A stretch of 64,000 nt of DNA from Bdellovibrionales bacterium (GTDB lineage Bacteria > Bdellovibrionota > Bdellovibrionia > Bdellovibrionales > UBA1609). Both the position numbers and the translations under genes were made by a program. The notes beneath the pieces are model-generated. The model did no database searches and was not told where the DNA came from. It saw only the letters and a list, made by a program, of their open reading frames with translations. Positions 11,798-23,800 of this stretch are shown in pieces. The stretch lies in the NCBI GenBank assembly GCA_965261545.1, contig CBDHDF010000007.1:224001-288000 (forward strand). The letters are read 5' to 3'. Each line of letters starts with the position of its first letter. Within the stretch, counting starts at the first letter, position 1.

Positions 11798-13921
11798 CTA
11801 GCAAGGAATAAAATCAATTTTTCCGGCTTCATGGTTAATAGCCACCACTTGAATTCTCATTAAATCGCCAATGTGATAGGTTTGCCCAGAAATGGAGCCT
11901 ACAAGAGAGAGGTTCTTTTCGTCAAACCTATAACGATCTCCTGGCAAATCCTCGATTTTAACGAGGCCATCCACATCAAAGGTGCGCAAGAGGACAAAGA
12001 CTCCAAATTTTGTCACAGAGCTTATAAAACCGTCAAACTCCCGGCCTATGTGGTTCTCCATGAACCGAGCTTTTTTGATGGAAACAATTCGACGCTCGGC
12101 ATAGGAGGACCTTTGTTCGCAGGCACTGAGCCAAACTCCCGCCTTCTGAATATCTTTCTTTCCTAGAGGGGAGTATCCTTGGGGAGAGTCGCCCCGGTCC
12201 CCCTGGGGAAGACAAATGGCTTTGAGAAGCCGGTGAATTATGAGATCGGGGTAGCGCCGTATGGGAGATGTAAAGTGGGTGTAATCTTTGAAAGCAAGAC
12301 CAAAGTGCCCAATATTTTCTTCTGTGTACTGGGCCTGATTCATGGCTCTCAGGGTGAGAATATTTAAGATAGCCTGCTGAGGTGTCCCCTCAAATTCTTC
12401 AAGGGCCAGAGAAATCTTTTTCTGAAGTTTGCCTCCACTGAGTTTTTTTTGAAACCCAAATTGTTGCAAATAGACTTCAAGCTTTTTAATAAGCAGAGGA
12501 TCCGGTGCCCCATGGGTTCGGTAAATCGTGGGAATTTTTTTGTTTGAAAAGACTTGAGCCACAGCCACGTTGGCCGCCAACATAAGCTCTTCAATCAATT
12601 GATGGGCAAAAATTCGATCAGCCCTCAAGATATCTTGAACAAGGCCCGCAGAATCTACCTTGACTTCAGTTTCAGGAATCTCAAGCTGGAGAGAGCCCTC
12701 GTTGAATCTTTTTTTCATGAGAACCTTGGCGAGGTCACTAGCTTGCTTAATGACATCAAAGACATGACGGAGCTTATGGGGGCCATGTCCATCGAGAACC
12801 TCTTGGGCTTCTCCGTAGGTAACTCGCCCGTGACTGCAAATAACAGCTTCGTAAAACTGGGAACTTTTCATATTTCCATAAAAGTCAAATGTCATTTCGG
12901 CAACCATGACCAGGCGATCCACACGGGGCTTAAGGGAGCAAAGCTCATTGCTTAGAACTTCAGGGAGCATGGGATGGCAGAAATTGGGGAAGTAAGTACT
13001 CGTTCCCCGGTCGTAGGCATCACGATCTATGGCTGAGTTCACTTTGACATAGTGGCTGACATCGGCAATGGCCACCCAAAGATGAAATCCCGACTTTTCC
13101 GTTTGTATATAAATGGCGTCATCAAAGTCCTTGGCCGTTTGACCATCAATGGTGATAAAGGCTTTATCTTTGAGATTCACCCTGGACTTCTTATCACTCT
13201 CCGAAACTTCATTGGAAAAGGTCTTGACCTCCTTCATAGTCTCTGGAGAAAACTCCAAGGGAATTTGATGACTGATGAGAACCCTCAAATTATCGTTGCC
13301 GGGGTTCATACCGTCGCCAATGATTTTTTCAAGTTTTCCCTGAAAGCCCTTGGGGTCTTGGGGGTAGGAGGTGATCTTGACAGTCACCCAGTCACCTGTT
13401 TGTATCTTCACTCCCCCGATTCCACCGCTGCCCCCAACTCTCTCAACTCCCTTCGCTCCCTCTAAAGACTCTAAAGAAACGAGGAGGTCTTCCCCCCAAC
13501 TGTGGCTTTCATCACGAATATAAGCTCTATTTCCATGGATTTCGTCAAGGGGGCCCATGATCTGTATGATGGCCCTTTGAATCAATCCAAGGATTTTGCC
13601 TCGAAAGCGATTTCCGTGGCGTTCCGGATAGATTTCTGCCTCCACACGATCATTGGACATAAGACCCACCATGTGGTGCTTAGAAATATAAGCATCGGGT
13701 TGAAGGGGGTCATCGGGAATAAAAAAACCAAAGCCATCGGGGTGTCGTTTGACGATACCCGCTGACTTTGCAGAACTTCTTTTCTTGAAGGGTTTTTTTG
13801 TCTTTCTGTTTGATATCTTTTCTTTTAATGCTTTTCTGGAAGTTCCTGAAGGCTTTGCGGAAGGTCTTGAAGTTTTTGTGGAAGATCTTGAAGCCTTTGC
13901 GGAATCTCTTGAAGAACCCAT
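11798..13921 (-). CDS. rnr: Ribonuclease R
   Basis: HPDGFGF cold-shock domain, TIDGQTAKDFDDA, HFTSPIRRYPDL, C-terminal S1 domain. Confidence 0.95.
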   Translation of the reverse strand: MGSSRDSAKASRSSTKTSRPSAKPSGTSRKALKEKISNRKTKKPFKKRSSAKSAGIVKRHPDGFGFFIPDDPLQPDAYISKHHMVGLMSNDRVEAEIYPERHGNRFRGKILGLIQRAIIQIMGPLDEIHGNRAYIRDESHSWGEDLLVSLESLEGAKGVERVGGSGGIGGVKIQTGDWVTVKITSYPQDPKGFQGKLEKIIGDGMNPGNDNLRVLISHQIPLEFSPETMKEVKTFSNEVSESDKKSRVNLKDKAFITIDGQTAKDFDDAIYIQTEKSGFHLWVAIADVSHYVKVNSAIDRDAYDRGTSTYFPNFCHPMLPEVLSNELCSLKPRVDRLVMVAEMTFDFYGNMKSSQFYEAVICSHGRVTYGEAQEVLDGHGPHKLRHVFDVIKQASDLAKVLMKKRFNEGSLQLEIPETEVKVDSAGLVQDILRADRIFAHQLIEELMLAANVAVAQVFSNKKIPTIYRTHGAPDPLLIKKLEVYLQQFGFQKKLSGGKLQKKISLALEEFEGTPQQAILNILTLRAMNQAQYTEENIGHFGLAFKDYTHFTSPIRRYPDLIIHRLLKAICLPQGDRGDSPQGYSPLGKKDIQKAGVWLSACEQRSSYAERRIVSIKKARFMENHIGREFDGFISSVTKFGVFVLLRTFDVDGLVKIEDLPGDRYRFDEKNLSLVGSISGQTYHIGDLMRIQVVAINHEAGKIDFIPC

Positions 13922-14865
13922 TAGGCAAGGCCAATATCTCGCAGACGTTCCTTAAGGAAGTCATTGGCGAGAATATCGTTATACTTAGTTTCATTTCCAC
14001 GGCAGCTAGGAATACATCTTAGAAGAGCCTCGGGGCGGGGGTGAATAAAAAAGGGCATGGAGTAGCGGCTGCAATTTTGTCCATCTTGGGGGTTGACAAC
14101 TCTGTGAGTTGTGGAAGGGATCACTTCGTTGCAAATACGGGACAACATATCTCCTGCATCCACAATAAGGTTGTTGGCAGAGGTTTCCACGGCGAGCCAC
14201 TTCCCACTTCGATCCAGTAGTTCCAACCCTGAAGAAGAGGCGCTGACAAGAAGAGTGATGAGGTTGATATCTTCGTGGGCGGCGGCGCGTATACAGTGGG
14301 GGTCTTGGCCCTCTTGGATAGGGGGGTAGTGAAGAAGCCTTAGAATGGAGTCGCTCCCTAGGGTCAGCTCCGAAAAATACTCTTTTGGAAGCTCTAGGGC
14401 CGGGGAGAGGCTTTCAAGTATGGTTCGTCCCACATTGTCCAATTTTTTATAGAACTGGGTCATCTTGGTTTCAAAATCCTGTGGCTCCACAGGCCAAATA
14501 TTTTTATGGAAATGATGGGACGTCGGTTCAACCTGGCCCACATGCCAAAATTCCTTGAGGTCGGGGTGGGGGTTATCCTTGGCATGCTCTGTCCCAAAGG
14601 GGGTGTAACCCCTTTGAATCCCTTGACTCAAAATATACTTCTTTTTGGTCTCCTCGGGGAGTTGAAAGAACCCTTCACTCAGTTCATAGCATTTCTTGAT
14701 AAGCTCTATCTCAATGAAATGGTCTTTAAGGATAATAAACCCAAAGTACTTTAGACCTTCAAACAAGTCTACAGTGAATTCCTTTTGTTGTTCCTCGGAA
14801 CCGTGAGTGTATTGTTTTAAGCTGAGTTCTGGGACTTTTTCCCAGCGAGAAGCTCTATTTGTCAT
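13921..14865 (-). CDS. 2OG-Fe(II) oxygenase, isopenicillin N synthase family
   Basis: RLLHYPP, AHEDINLITLL (HxD), STTHRV, RYSMPFF. Confidence 0.9.
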   Translation of the reverse strand: MTNRASRWEKVPELSLKQYTHGSEEQQKEFTVDLFEGLKYFGFIILKDHFIEIELIKKCYELSEGFFQLPEETKKKYILSQGIQRGYTPFGTEHAKDNPHPDLKEFWHVGQVEPTSHHFHKNIWPVEPQDFETKMTQFYKKLDNVGRTILESLSPALELPKEYFSELTLGSDSILRLLHYPPIQEGQDPHCIRAAAHEDINLITLLVSASSSGLELLDRSGKWLAVETSANNLIVDAGDMLSRICNEVIPSTTHRVVNPQDGQNCSRYSMPFFIHPRPEALLRCIPSCRGNETKYNDILANDFLKERLRDIGLA

Positions 14866-14988
14866 GGAGAAGGATTATTCCTTGAGAAAGGATGGAGTGC
14901 AAGGGTTACGGCAGTGCAGAAGAACCCTATACCGAGGACACGCCCTAGGTTACCCTAGGTTAGGTGTTATAGGGGAAAGGGGTGGGAT

Positions 14989-15558
14989 ATGAAAAGTTTG
15001 TTTCTTCAAACGGAATTTATGTATGATGGAAGTCAACTTCGGTCCCTTTACGCCTATTCGGAGCATGGTGTTCTGGGAGATTCCATCATCTCATGGATTG
15101 GCCCCTGTGAGGTTAATTCCTCTCATATGGTCGATGTGGAGGACCTTCGAACTCGATGCGAAATTCGAGGCCATCGGATGCTCCATTTCATTTTGGAAAA
15201 ATTTGACATTCCTTTGAGCACGGCCGTGGCTTACCAAAGACTTATGGGGAGCCTGACCGTAGATATTTTAAGAATACTAAGTCCTCAAAAAGAAGAAACT
15301 CAGAACCTTTGCCGAAGGGGAGATGATATCTACTTAGGAAAAAAAAAGCTCAATATTAGCATTGCCACCCAAAGTCCGGTGTCCTCCCTCGTTCACTTTG
15401 CTGTAAATATTTCCAACGAAGGAACCCCCGTGGAGACCCTTTCTTTGGAAGATCTTGACGTCTCCACCATTCCATTTAAAAATCAACTCCTCAAAGTCAC
15501 TTGTGCCGAGGTGGAATCTATCCATAGGGCCACTCAAAAAGTGAAGTGGGTTCCATAG
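14989..15558 (+). CDS. DUF366 family protein
   Basis: YDGSQL, GDSIISWIGPC, MVDVED, RRGDDIY..KLNISIAT. Confidence 0.75.
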   Translation: MKSLFLQTEFMYDGSQLRSLYAYSEHGVLGDSIISWIGPCEVNSSHMVDVEDLRTRCEIRGHRMLHFILEKFDIPLSTAVAYQRLMGSLTVDILRILSPQKEETQNLCRRGDDIYLGKKKLNISIATQSPVSSLVHFAVNISNEGTPVETLSLEDLDVSTIPFKNQLLKVTCAEVESIHRATQKVKWVP

Positions 15559-15637
15559 GCCAGCATATTGGTGACATATATCTGAATTGACCTTCGTGCT
15601 ATGAGCCATTACCCTCATTATCTATATATGCCCCCCC

Positions 15638-17509
15638 ATGATACTACCTATACCTATGACGAGGAAATTTATGACAACAAATATGACAACAAAAGAGTCG
15701 CTTGAAGAAAAGACAAAACCATTTGTGACCGCACAAAAGCGAACCCATAACTGTGGGGAGCTAAACATTGACAATAGGGGCAACGAGGTCGTTCTCATGG
15801 GATGGGTGGACTCCCGTCGTGACCATGGGGGCCTTGTTTTTATTGATTTAAGGGATCGCTACGGCTTGGTGCAAGTGGTGATTAACCCTGAAGAGCTTCT
15901 CCAAATGAAAAGTGTGCGCAACGAATTTGTGTTGGCACTGAAGGGAGTGGTCCAGAAACGCCCTGATGGAATGAGCAACGAAAAAATTTCCACGGGGTCC
16001 ATCGAGGTGGTCGCCATTCAAACAGAAATATTGTCCGAAGCCAAAGCCCCTCCTCTTCAAATTGGTGACCCCAAGGTGGCCGAGTCCCTTCGCCTCAAGT
16101 ATCGTTATTTGGATCTGCGCTCCCCTGAACTACAGTCTAATTTAATAACTCGCAGCAGGGTTGTTCGCTATGTCCGTGAAGAGTTGCACAACCACCAATT
16201 TTTAGAAGTCGAAACCCCGGTGCTCTACAAGAGCACTCCCGAGGGGGCCAGAGATTATTTGGTTCCCTCTCGGGTTCACCAAGGAGAGTTTTATGCTCTT
16301 CCCCAGTCTCCCCAAACTTTAAAACAGCTTTTAATGATTGGCGGTATGGATCGCTATTTTCAAATTGTGAAATGCTTTCGCGATGAGGACTTAAGATCTG
16401 ATCGACAACCAGAGTTTAGTCAAATTGACATAGAAATGAGCTTTGTCGATAGCGACGATGTTTTTGATATCAGCGAAAGACTGGTTCGCCGCCTTTGGAA
16501 AGAAATAAAATCAGTGGATGTAGAAGAGTTTCCAAGAATTTCATTTCAAGAAGCCATGGATCGCTTTGGCTGTGACAAGCCCGACCTTCGCATTCCCTGG
16601 GAGATCAAAAATCTGTCTGAAGTGGTCAGGGGCTGTGGCTTTAAGGTTTTTGAGGATGTGGTGGCCCGTGGAGAAAGCGTTCGAGGCTTAGCGGTGCCCT
16701 CCATAAGCATTTATTCGAGAAAGCAGTGGGATCAACTGACGGAAAAGGCCCGGCATATGGGCTCCAAGGGTCTTGTGTGGATAAAGATGGATGAAGAAGG
16801 GAAGGTGGCATCTCCCATTGCTAAATTTATAAATGCCCATCATCTTCTAAAAATATTTGAAGCCGCAGGGGGTGAAAAGGGTGGAGGTGTGCTCATTGTG
16901 GCCGATACCTTTGACATTTGTTGTGCTGCTTTGTCATCCCTGCGTTTGCACCTTGCCGAGGCGTTAAAGGAAGATATTAAAACCATAGACACAAGCCGAG
17001 ACAGATTTGCGTGGGTCACAGATTTTCCGTTGCTGGAATATTCAACTGAAGAGAGACGCTGGGCGGCTAAGCATCACCCTTTTACACAGCCCCATGACGA
17101 GGACCTAGAAGACTTCTTGTCCGATCAAGCTTACTTAACCAAAGCGAAAGCAAAAGCTTATGACTTGGTCTGCAATGGCCATGAGATTGCGGGGGGAAGC
17201 ATTCGTATTCATCGCCAAGAGGTTCAAAAGATGATGTTTCATGCCCTGGGATTTTCAGAGAAGGAACGAGAAAGCAAGTTTGGGTTTTTCTTGGAGGCTC
17301 TGGAGTATGGAACTCCGCCCCATGGCGGCATTGCCTGGGGATTGGATCGTCTCGTGATGCTACTTTGTGAGACAGACGCTATTCGAGATGTCATTGCCTT
17401 TCCCAAGACAACCAAGGCCACATGCCTTATGTCAAAGGCCCCAAGTGCCGTGGACCCAGATCAACTCACCGAGTTGGGTCTTCGTCTTGCTCCCTCCGGT
17501 TACAAGTAG
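15638..17509 (+). CDS. aspS: Aspartate--tRNA ligase
   Basis: [48 protein letters not shown]. The true start may be a later ATG (15671 or 15683). Confidence 0.97.
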   Translation: MILPIPMTRKFMTTNMTTKESLEEKTKPFVTAQKRTHNCGELNIDNRGNEVVLMGWVDSRRDHGGLVFIDLRDRYGLVQVVINPEELLQMKSVRNEFVLALKGVVQKRPDGMSNEKISTGSIEVVAIQTEILSEAKAPPLQIGDPKVAESLRLKYRYLDLRSPELQSNLITRSRVVRYVREELHNHQFLEVETPVLYKSTPEGARDYLVPSRVHQGEFYALPQSPQTLKQLLMIGGMDRYFQIVKCFRDEDLRSDRQPEFSQIDIEMSFVDSDDVFDISERLVRRLWKEIKSVDVEEFPRISFQEAMDRFGCDKPDLRIPWEIKNLSEVVRGCGFKVFEDVVARGESVRGLAVPSISIYSRKQWDQLTEKARHMGSKGLVWIKMDEEGKVASPIAKFINAHHLLKIFEAAGGEKGGGVLIVADTFDICCAALSSLRLHLAEALKEDIKTIDTSRDRFAWVTDFPLLEYSTEERRWAAKHHPFTQPHDEDLEDFLSDQAYLTKAKAKAYDLVCNGHEIAGGSIRIHRQEVQKMMFHALGFSEKERESKFGFFLEALEYGTPPHGGIAWGLDRLVMLLCETDAIRDVIAFPKTTKATCLMSKAPSAVDPDQLTELGLRLAPSGYK

Positions 17510-17653
17510 GTTTGAGTTCCTTAATAATGCAATGCGACATCCCCTTGGAACATAACTTCATAACTGATTGTCGAGATGTCTTATTAGATGATAGATTGAC
17601 AATGAGAGTTTATTGCAGTGTTGCGGCACTGCAACACACGAAGGAGTTACTTT

Positions 17654-18484
17654 ATGCACTATGTTGTCCTGACTATTTTACTGTGTCTCATATCAGCGTC
17701 GCTTTCAATAGGGCTCCATGCTCAAACTCTAGCCACGGCGGGGAAAAAGAAAATTACACTGAAAGACTTTAACCAACGGTACTCCACAGTCAAAAGACAA
17801 GCTATTACCCCCCCTAAGCCAGAAGTTTTTTTAGAGGATCTCATTCGATATGAGATTGGCTTGCAAGAAGCTAAAAAAAGAAATATTCCCCAGGACGCCA
17901 TCGTCAAGCAAAAAGTAAATGAGGCTATTTATCGCGCCTTTATTGAAAAATCCATTAGTTCAGATGTGCAAAAAATCAAAAAAATATCTAAGTCTGATAT
18001 GAAAAAATATTACAAAAACAACCCACATTTGAAAACCAGCCATATACTCATTGAATTTCCACCGGACTCTTCTCCTCAGCAAATAGCCGAGGCAAGGAAA
18101 AGAGCAGAGGATATTTATAAAAAAGTTAAAGAAAGTAAGAGCCCCTTTCATGAGCTTGTTAAACTTTATTCAGATGACACTTTGAGCAAAGAGATTGGTG
18201 GTGATCTTGGCTATCAATCTCGCGTGACTCTTGTGCCCCCCTATTATGAGGCCGCTCTTAAAATGAGACAAAATGCCATTAAGGGACTGATTCGAACGCG
18301 TTATGGATTTCATATCATCAAGCGTACAGGACAACGCAGTTACACTGAAGCTGATAAGAGGCAAATTCGAGCGGCTGTTTTCGATTTAGAAAGAAGAAAA
18401 ATATTTGATAGTTTTTTTAATAATTTAAAAAAGAATTACGAAATCAGCATTAATCAAAGCGAATTAAAGAAAATAAAACAATGA
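17654..18484 (+). CDS. PpiC/parvulin-type peptidylprolyl isomerase, exported
   Basis: Signal peptide, SHILI, GGDLG, TRYGFHIIK. AAGGAG RBS before the ATG at 17654. Confidence 0.88.
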   Translation: MHYVVLTILLCLISASLSIGLHAQTLATAGKKKITLKDFNQRYSTVKRQAITPPKPEVFLEDLIRYEIGLQEAKKRNIPQDAIVKQKVNEAIYRAFIEKSISSDVQKIKKISKSDMKKYYKNNPHLKTSHILIEFPPDSSPQQIAEARKRAEDIYKKVKESKSPFHELVKLYSDDTLSKEIGGDLGYQSRVTLVPPYYEAALKMRQNAIKGLIRTRYGFHIIKRTGQRSYTEADKRQIRAAVFDLERRKIFDSFFNNLKKNYEISINQSELKKIKQ

Positions 18485-19485
18485 CACCCCTCTCCTCCAT
18501 ACTTAAGAAGCCCTTATCAGGTTTTTTATTATTAGTTTTTTTACTATTAGGTTTCTTATTTCATACTGCGTGCCAGCCCCATGAGCCTATACTTTCACAC
18601 AAAACTGTTATTAAAGTTAATTCTTCACAATTTTTGGCTCTTGATTTTGCCAAACAGTTGTCTGAAGAATTACGCCCATTTAATGCCTTAGCTGTCAATG
18701 ACCATACAGTTCTCACAAAAACCAAAAAGAGGATTATAGATAATTATATTATTTCATCTATTATCAAAGATTGGGCATTGACTCGCAACATTTCTGTCTC
18801 TAAGCAAGAGGTGGCCGCAAGAACCCGAATGATTCAACGCCAGTATCCCGATGATTTATCCTTTAGAAAGGTGCTTGCTGAGTCAAAAATAGACATAAAG
18901 TCCTGGAGAGAAAATGTGAAAAATTTCTTACTCAAAGAAAAAGTTCACATGAAGCTTTTAAAAAAGATTCCTCCACCCACAAAAGATGAAATGCAATCCT
19001 ATTACAAAGAAAATAAAAATAAATTTAAAACAGAAGCGCAAGTTAGGATACAACAAATTGTTGTTAAAACAAGAGAAAGTGCCGAACAAATAGCGAAGGC
19101 TCTAAGAATTAAGAAAAATCCTGAAAAAATAGCTAAATTATTTTCTATAACACCAGAAGGCCCAAGAGGGGGGTATCTTGGGTGGATAAGCAAAAACTCT
19201 TCTTCTGTTTTTCAATTAGCTTTTGACTTAGAGTTAAAAAAATGGAGTTCCATCATAAAAAGTCCTTTTGGATATCATATATTTCGTGTATTAGATAGAA
19301 GGCCCCCACGAGTGAGACCACTCAGCGATAGTGATGTGAAAAATGAGATTCAACATGCTTTAAGGGAGCACAAAGAGGAAGCCCACTTTGCCTTATGGCT
19401 TAAGAAAGAAATAAGCAAGGCCAGTGTTTACAAAAACGAGGACTTAATCAAAAGCATTCTTGCACAAACTCGAGGAATTCAATGA
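18481..19485 (+). CDS. PrsA/SurA-like peptidylprolyl isomerase (probable lipoprotein)
   Basis: SurA-N-like region, GGYLGW, KSPFGYHIF. Confidence 0.85.
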   Translation: MTPLSSILKKPLSGFLLLVFLLLGFLFHTACQPHEPILSHKTVIKVNSSQFLALDFAKQLSEELRPFNALAVNDHTVLTKTKKRIIDNYIISSIIKDWALTRNISVSKQEVAARTRMIQRQYPDDLSFRKVLAESKIDIKSWRENVKNFLLKEKVHMKLLKKIPPPTKDEMQSYYKENKNKFKTEAQVRIQQIVVKTRESAEQIAKALRIKKNPEKIAKLFSITPEGPRGGYLGWISKNSSSVFQLAFDLELKKWSSIIKSPFGYHIFRVLDRRPPRVRPLSDSDVKNEIQHALREHKEEAHFALWLKKEISKASVYKNEDLIKSILAQTRGIQ

Positions 19486-20465
19486 ATAATTTAGTGAATA
19501 TTTTATGGATCTTTATATTTGCCATTTCGCTTGGGGTTTATCCAAATATTTCTCATGCCGAGGTGGTTGAAGAGGTTTTGGTTGTTGTCAATGGTGAAGC
19601 CATCTTGTTGTCTGATCTTCATAAGCTTAAAAGAAATCTAAAAAATGAGACCCTTGTTTTTGAAGAGGTTTTACAGTTAAAAGACGTCAATAAACTTAAA
19701 AAACAAAAGCAGGCGCAAATCAACCACCTCATTGATACCAAAATTATTGACTCTGAAGTCAAGCGCCAAGGACTCCAAGTGACCACAGAGAAGGTTGAAA
19801 AAGAAATCCAAAAAATCACTCGCTCCAAGGGAATAACTGTTGATGAACTAAAAGGCATACTCCTTCAAAATAATATTCAATTTTCTGAGTATAAAAAATT
19901 TGTTCAACTTAGTATCCCACGCAAAGAACTCATAGAAAAAGAAGTCATATCAAGAATCAAAATTTCTGATGAAGAAATCAGTACTTATTATATTTCCCAA
20001 ACAGGGCAAGGCGAAGGCCAAGTGTTTGAATACAAGTTAGCGCATATCCTTTTTTCTCCCCAAAAGCCAGGTGGACATAAAGCTGCTAAGTCTAGGGCTC
20101 AAAAAGTACATAAGATCTTTCAAAAGAAAAAAAATACTGATTTTGTCCAACTTGCCTCTCAATACAGCGAGGATCCCTATTTTTCCAATGAAGGACTTTT
20201 GGGCCAGTTTACCTCGGAAGATATGCTTCCGACCCTAAAGAAGTCTGTGAGAAATTTACTCGTGGGTGGGGTGTCTGGCGTTGTAAAAACAGGTGCAGGA
20301 TATCACATTGTGAAATTACTAAAAAAAACCCTTGTGGTCGATCCAGAGCTACAGAGACAAAGGGATCAAATTCATAGAATTCTTATGGCCCGTGCCTTCA
20401 AGAGAGAACTTTCTAGATGGATTGAAAGAAAGCGAAAAGAAAGTTTTATCAAAATCAATGAATAA
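19482..20465 (+). CDS. SurA-like chaperone/PPIase
   Basis: EVVEEVLVVVNGEAILLSD SurA N-terminus, LAHILF, GYHIVKL. Confidence 0.85.
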   Translation: MNNLVNILWIFIFAISLGVYPNISHAEVVEEVLVVVNGEAILLSDLHKLKRNLKNETLVFEEVLQLKDVNKLKKQKQAQINHLIDTKIIDSEVKRQGLQVTTEKVEKEIQKITRSKGITVDELKGILLQNNIQFSEYKKFVQLSIPRKELIEKEVISRIKISDEEISTYYISQTGQGEGQVFEYKLAHILFSPQKPGGHKAAKSRAQKVHKIFQKKKNTDFVQLASQYSEDPYFSNEGLLGQFTSEDMLPTLKKSVRNLLVGGVSGVVKTGAGYHIVKLLKKTLVVDPELQRQRDQIHRILMARAFKRELSRWIERKRKESFIKINE

Positions 20466-22272
20466 GCCTAAAAAATCTAAATCTAATAAGTTAATTCGCA
20501 ATATTGCCATTATTGCCCATGTGGACCACGGGAAAACCACCCTTGTGGACCACCTTCTTAAGCAAAGCGGAACTTTCCGTCAAAGCATGGAAGTGGATGA
20601 AAGGCTAATGGATCATATGGATATTGAAAGAGAAAGAGGCATCACCATTGCCGCTAAAAATGCCTCTTTTATCTATAAGGATATTAAAGTCAATATTATA
20701 GACACTCCCGGACACAGTGACTTTGGTGGCGAGGTGGAGCGAATTTTAGATATGGTGGATGGAGCCATTTTGCTGGTGGATGCCAGTGAAGGGCCCCTGC
20801 CTCAAACTCGTTTTGTCCTTGAAAAAGCTTTAAAGAAAAATATTAAAATTATTGTTTGCATCAACAAAGTGGACCGCGCAGACGCTCGCATCAATGAAGT
20901 TCAAGATGAAATATTTGATTTATTTATTGATCTTGATGCCACAGAGGAGCAAGCTGATTTTGACCTTATCTACGCCATTGGAAAAAATGGCATGGCTGGC
21001 ACAGATCCCCATGCATTAAACCAAAATTTAGAGATTCTTTTTGATTGGGTTGTCGAAAAAATTCCACCTCCCCAAGCTGACTCCCAAGGCCCGCTGCAAA
21101 TACTGGTGGTCAATATTGACTACGATGACTATGTGGGCCAACTCGCTATTGGACGCATTCGCTCAGGCTCACTGAGGGTGGGTCAAGAAATCATGTTGTG
21201 CCATAAAGATGGCCATAAAAAAGTGAAAGTAAGTACACTTTTTCAATACTCAGCCAATCAGAAGGTAAAAACAGAAGAACTTCATGCCGGTGATATTGCC
21301 ATTGTCGCTGGCTTTGAAGAAATTTTTATTGGAGATACACTTACAGACGTCCATCACCCCCAGCCCTTGGAGAGGTTGAGGGTGGATGCTCCCACCGTGG
21401 CTGTTGTTATGTCCGTGAACGATTCTCCATTTGCTGGCCTTGAGGGCAAACAGGTGACCAGCCGTCGAATCAAAGAGCGTTTAGAGAAAGAGCTTCTCTA
21501 CAATGTGGCCATTCAAATGAATCCAACAGATAGCACAGACAGTTTTAATATCCTAGGCCGGGGGGAGCTTCAACTCTCTGTTCTTTTTGAACAAATGCGC
21601 CGTGAGGGCTTTGAGTTTCTTGTAAGTAAGCCTCAAATTCTCACCCGTAAAGAAGGTGACCAACTCAAAGAACCCATGGAGTTAGCTGTGGTGGATGTGG
21701 AGCGGGATTATTTGGGAGCCGTGACTCAAAAATTAGGTGAACGCAAAGGAGTTTTACTCAACATTCATCAACGAGGTTCAAAGCGTGTGCGTGCCGAATT
21801 TAAAGTGCCTGCAAGAGGACTCATCGGTTATCGTTCTGAGTTTCTCACAGACACTCGAGGCACAGGTCTTTTAAACACTTCCTTTGATTCCTATGTGGAC
21901 CACCGAGGTGAAATCCAAGGGAGAAGAACAGGCTCTATTATCGCCGATCGCCAGGGAGCTGCAACAGCCTATGCTCTTTTTAACTTAGAAAACCGAGGAG
22001 ATCTTTTTATTTCTCCTGGTACAAAGGTCTATATGGGCATGATTATTGGAGAAGCCAACAAACCCATGGATCTCAATGTGAATGTGTGTCGAGAAAAAAA
22101 ATTGACCAATGTAAGGGCTTCGGGCAGTGATGAGGGCATTAAACTCACCACTCCTCGAAAAATAACCTTGGAGTCTGTCCTTCCTTGGATCAAAGACAAT
22201 GAGCTTATTGAAATCACTCCCCAAAACCTGCGATTGCGCTGCGTAGAACTGAATCCTCACAAGCGAAAATAA
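20458..22272 (+). CDS. typA: Translational GTPase TypA/BipA
   Basis: [49 protein letters not shown]. Confidence 0.97.
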   Translation: MNKPKKSKSNKLIRNIAIIAHVDHGKTTLVDHLLKQSGTFRQSMEVDERLMDHMDIERERGITIAAKNASFIYKDIKVNIIDTPGHSDFGGEVERILDMVDGAILLVDASEGPLPQTRFVLEKALKKNIKIIVCINKVDRADARINEVQDEIFDLFIDLDATEEQADFDLIYAIGKNGMAGTDPHALNQNLEILFDWVVEKIPPPQADSQGPLQILVVNIDYDDYVGQLAIGRIRSGSLRVGQEIMLCHKDGHKKVKVSTLFQYSANQKVKTEELHAGDIAIVAGFEEIFIGDTLTDVHHPQPLERLRVDAPTVAVVMSVNDSPFAGLEGKQVTSRRIKERLEKELLYNVAIQMNPTDSTDSFNILGRGELQLSVLFEQMRREGFEFLVSKPQILTRKEGDQLKEPMELAVVDVERDYLGAVTQKLGERKGVLLNIHQRGSKRVRAEFKVPARGLIGYRSEFLTDTRGTGLLNTSFDSYVDHRGEIQGRRTGSIIADRQGAATAYALFNLENRGDLFISPGTKVYMGMIIGEANKPMDLNVNVCREKKLTNVRASGSDEGIKLTTPRKITLESVLPWIKDNELIEITPQNLRLRCVELNPHKRK

Positions 22273-22327
22273 GAAAATTATAAACCCTCCCACTGGGTCA
22301 AAGGGCCGGTCGGCCAGTGAAAAGACC

Positions 22328-23725
22328 TTACTCCTTCTTTGATATAAGTTTCCTCATTGATAATGCAGATTCTTTTTTCGAAGTCAAAATAAGGCATAGG
22401 ACACCTAAAGTGCCAGAGAGGAGGGAACCAATGAGAATACCAAGTTTGGAGAGGGTGCCATCTTGCATATTTTCAAGGGCGAGGTTGCTGATAAAAAGAG
22501 CCATGGTGAAACCGATTCCACCGAGAAAGCCTGCGGCGAGAATATGACCCCAGTGAACTCCTTTGGGGAGAACGGCTAATTTCATTTTGCAAGCCAGCCA
22601 AGAAAAAAATGTGATGCCCACGGGTTTTCCAATGAGAAGACCGAAGGTCACACCCAGTGAAACGGGGTGCATGATAAAATCTCCGAAGTGAATATTGCCA
22701 ATGGCCACACCGGCGTTGACCAAGGCAAAAATAGGCATAATGACAAAGCTCACCCAAGGGTGAAGGAGGTGAATGGCCTTGTCCAAGGGAGAGTCTATAC
22801 CCGCCACAAGATGGTGAAGCTGGTGAACCTGCTGATGGGCGGCTTGAGAAAGGGCCACTTGGTTTTCGGCCGCCACAGCTTCCACCTCCTTGTCAATGGC
22901 ATCGACCAGCTCTTTCATTTTCTTAGGGGCCAATTTTTTCTTGTAAAGAGATCGAGTGGGAACAAAAAGTCCTAAAACGACACCCGCCACCGTGGCGTGA
23001 ACACCACTTTTCAAAACGAAAAACCAAGCCAGGATTCCCAGAAAAATATAAATCATGGAACGGCGAACTCCCGAAACATAAAAAAGGAAAATTAAAGCCA
23101 AACTTCCTGTGGCCATGACGAGGGCCTGGGAGTGAATTTGCTCTGTATAAAAAAAGGCAATGACCAAAACAGCGCCAAGGTCATCCACAATGGCGAGAGC
23201 TAAAAGAAAAACTCTGAGGGCCATGGGGGCTTGTTTGGCCATAAGGGCTAGGAGCCCGAGGGCAAAGGCGATATCTGTGGCCATTGGAATTCCCCAGCCG
23301 CTGATGGCTCCCCCATTTATGTTGAGAAAGGTGTAGATCAAAGCTGGAACGATCATTCCACCAAGGGCTGCAAAAAGGGGAAGGGCGGCTCGCTTCGGTG
23401 AGGAGAGGTCCCCGACCACAAGCTCTCTTTTGATTTCCATGCCGACAACAAAAAAGAAAATAGCCATAAGGCCATCATTCACCCAATGGTGAAGGGATTT
23501 CATGAGCTCCCAGTGACCCAATTTAATTCCAACTTCCGTATGAATGAGGTGTTCGTAGGATTCATGCCAAGAGGAGTTCGCCCAAAAGAGAGTGACGATA
23601 GTCACAATGAGGAGAACAATACCACTGGACGCCTCTAAGTGCATAAAGCGCTCAATGGGAGTCAAAAGGCTTCGCATGAGACTGGTGGTGAGGGGATTTT
23701 GTGGAGAAGTGTTTTTTATGGACAT
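22328..23725 (-). CDS. nhaA: Na+/H+ antiporter NhaA
   Basis: WVNDGLMAIFFF, GWGIPMATDIAF, LAIVDD, GIGFTMALFI. Confidence 0.96.
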   Translation of the reverse strand: MSIKNTSPQNPLTTSLMRSLLTPIERFMHLEASSGIVLLIVTIVTLFWANSSWHESYEHLIHTEVGIKLGHWELMKSLHHWVNDGLMAIFFFVVGMEIKRELVVGDLSSPKRAALPLFAALGGMIVPALIYTFLNINGGAISGWGIPMATDIAFALGLLALMAKQAPMALRVFLLALAIVDDLGAVLVIAFFYTEQIHSQALVMATGSLALIFLFYVSGVRRSMIYIFLGILAWFFVLKSGVHATVAGVVLGLFVPTRSLYKKKLAPKKMKELVDAIDKEVEAVAAENQVALSQAAHQQVHQLHHLVAGIDSPLDKAIHLLHPWVSFVIMPIFALVNAGVAIGNIHFGDFIMHPVSLGVTFGLLIGKPVGITFFSWLACKMKLAVLPKGVHWGHILAAGFLGGIGFTMALFISNLALENMQDGTLSKLGILIGSLLSGTLGVLCLILTSKKESALSMRKLISKKE

Positions 23726-23800
23726 GATAATTCTATTAAAGCGAAAAACTTCGAAAAAGTCAAAAGCGTCAGACTTGTCAATCATCAAGAAAACTCTTCG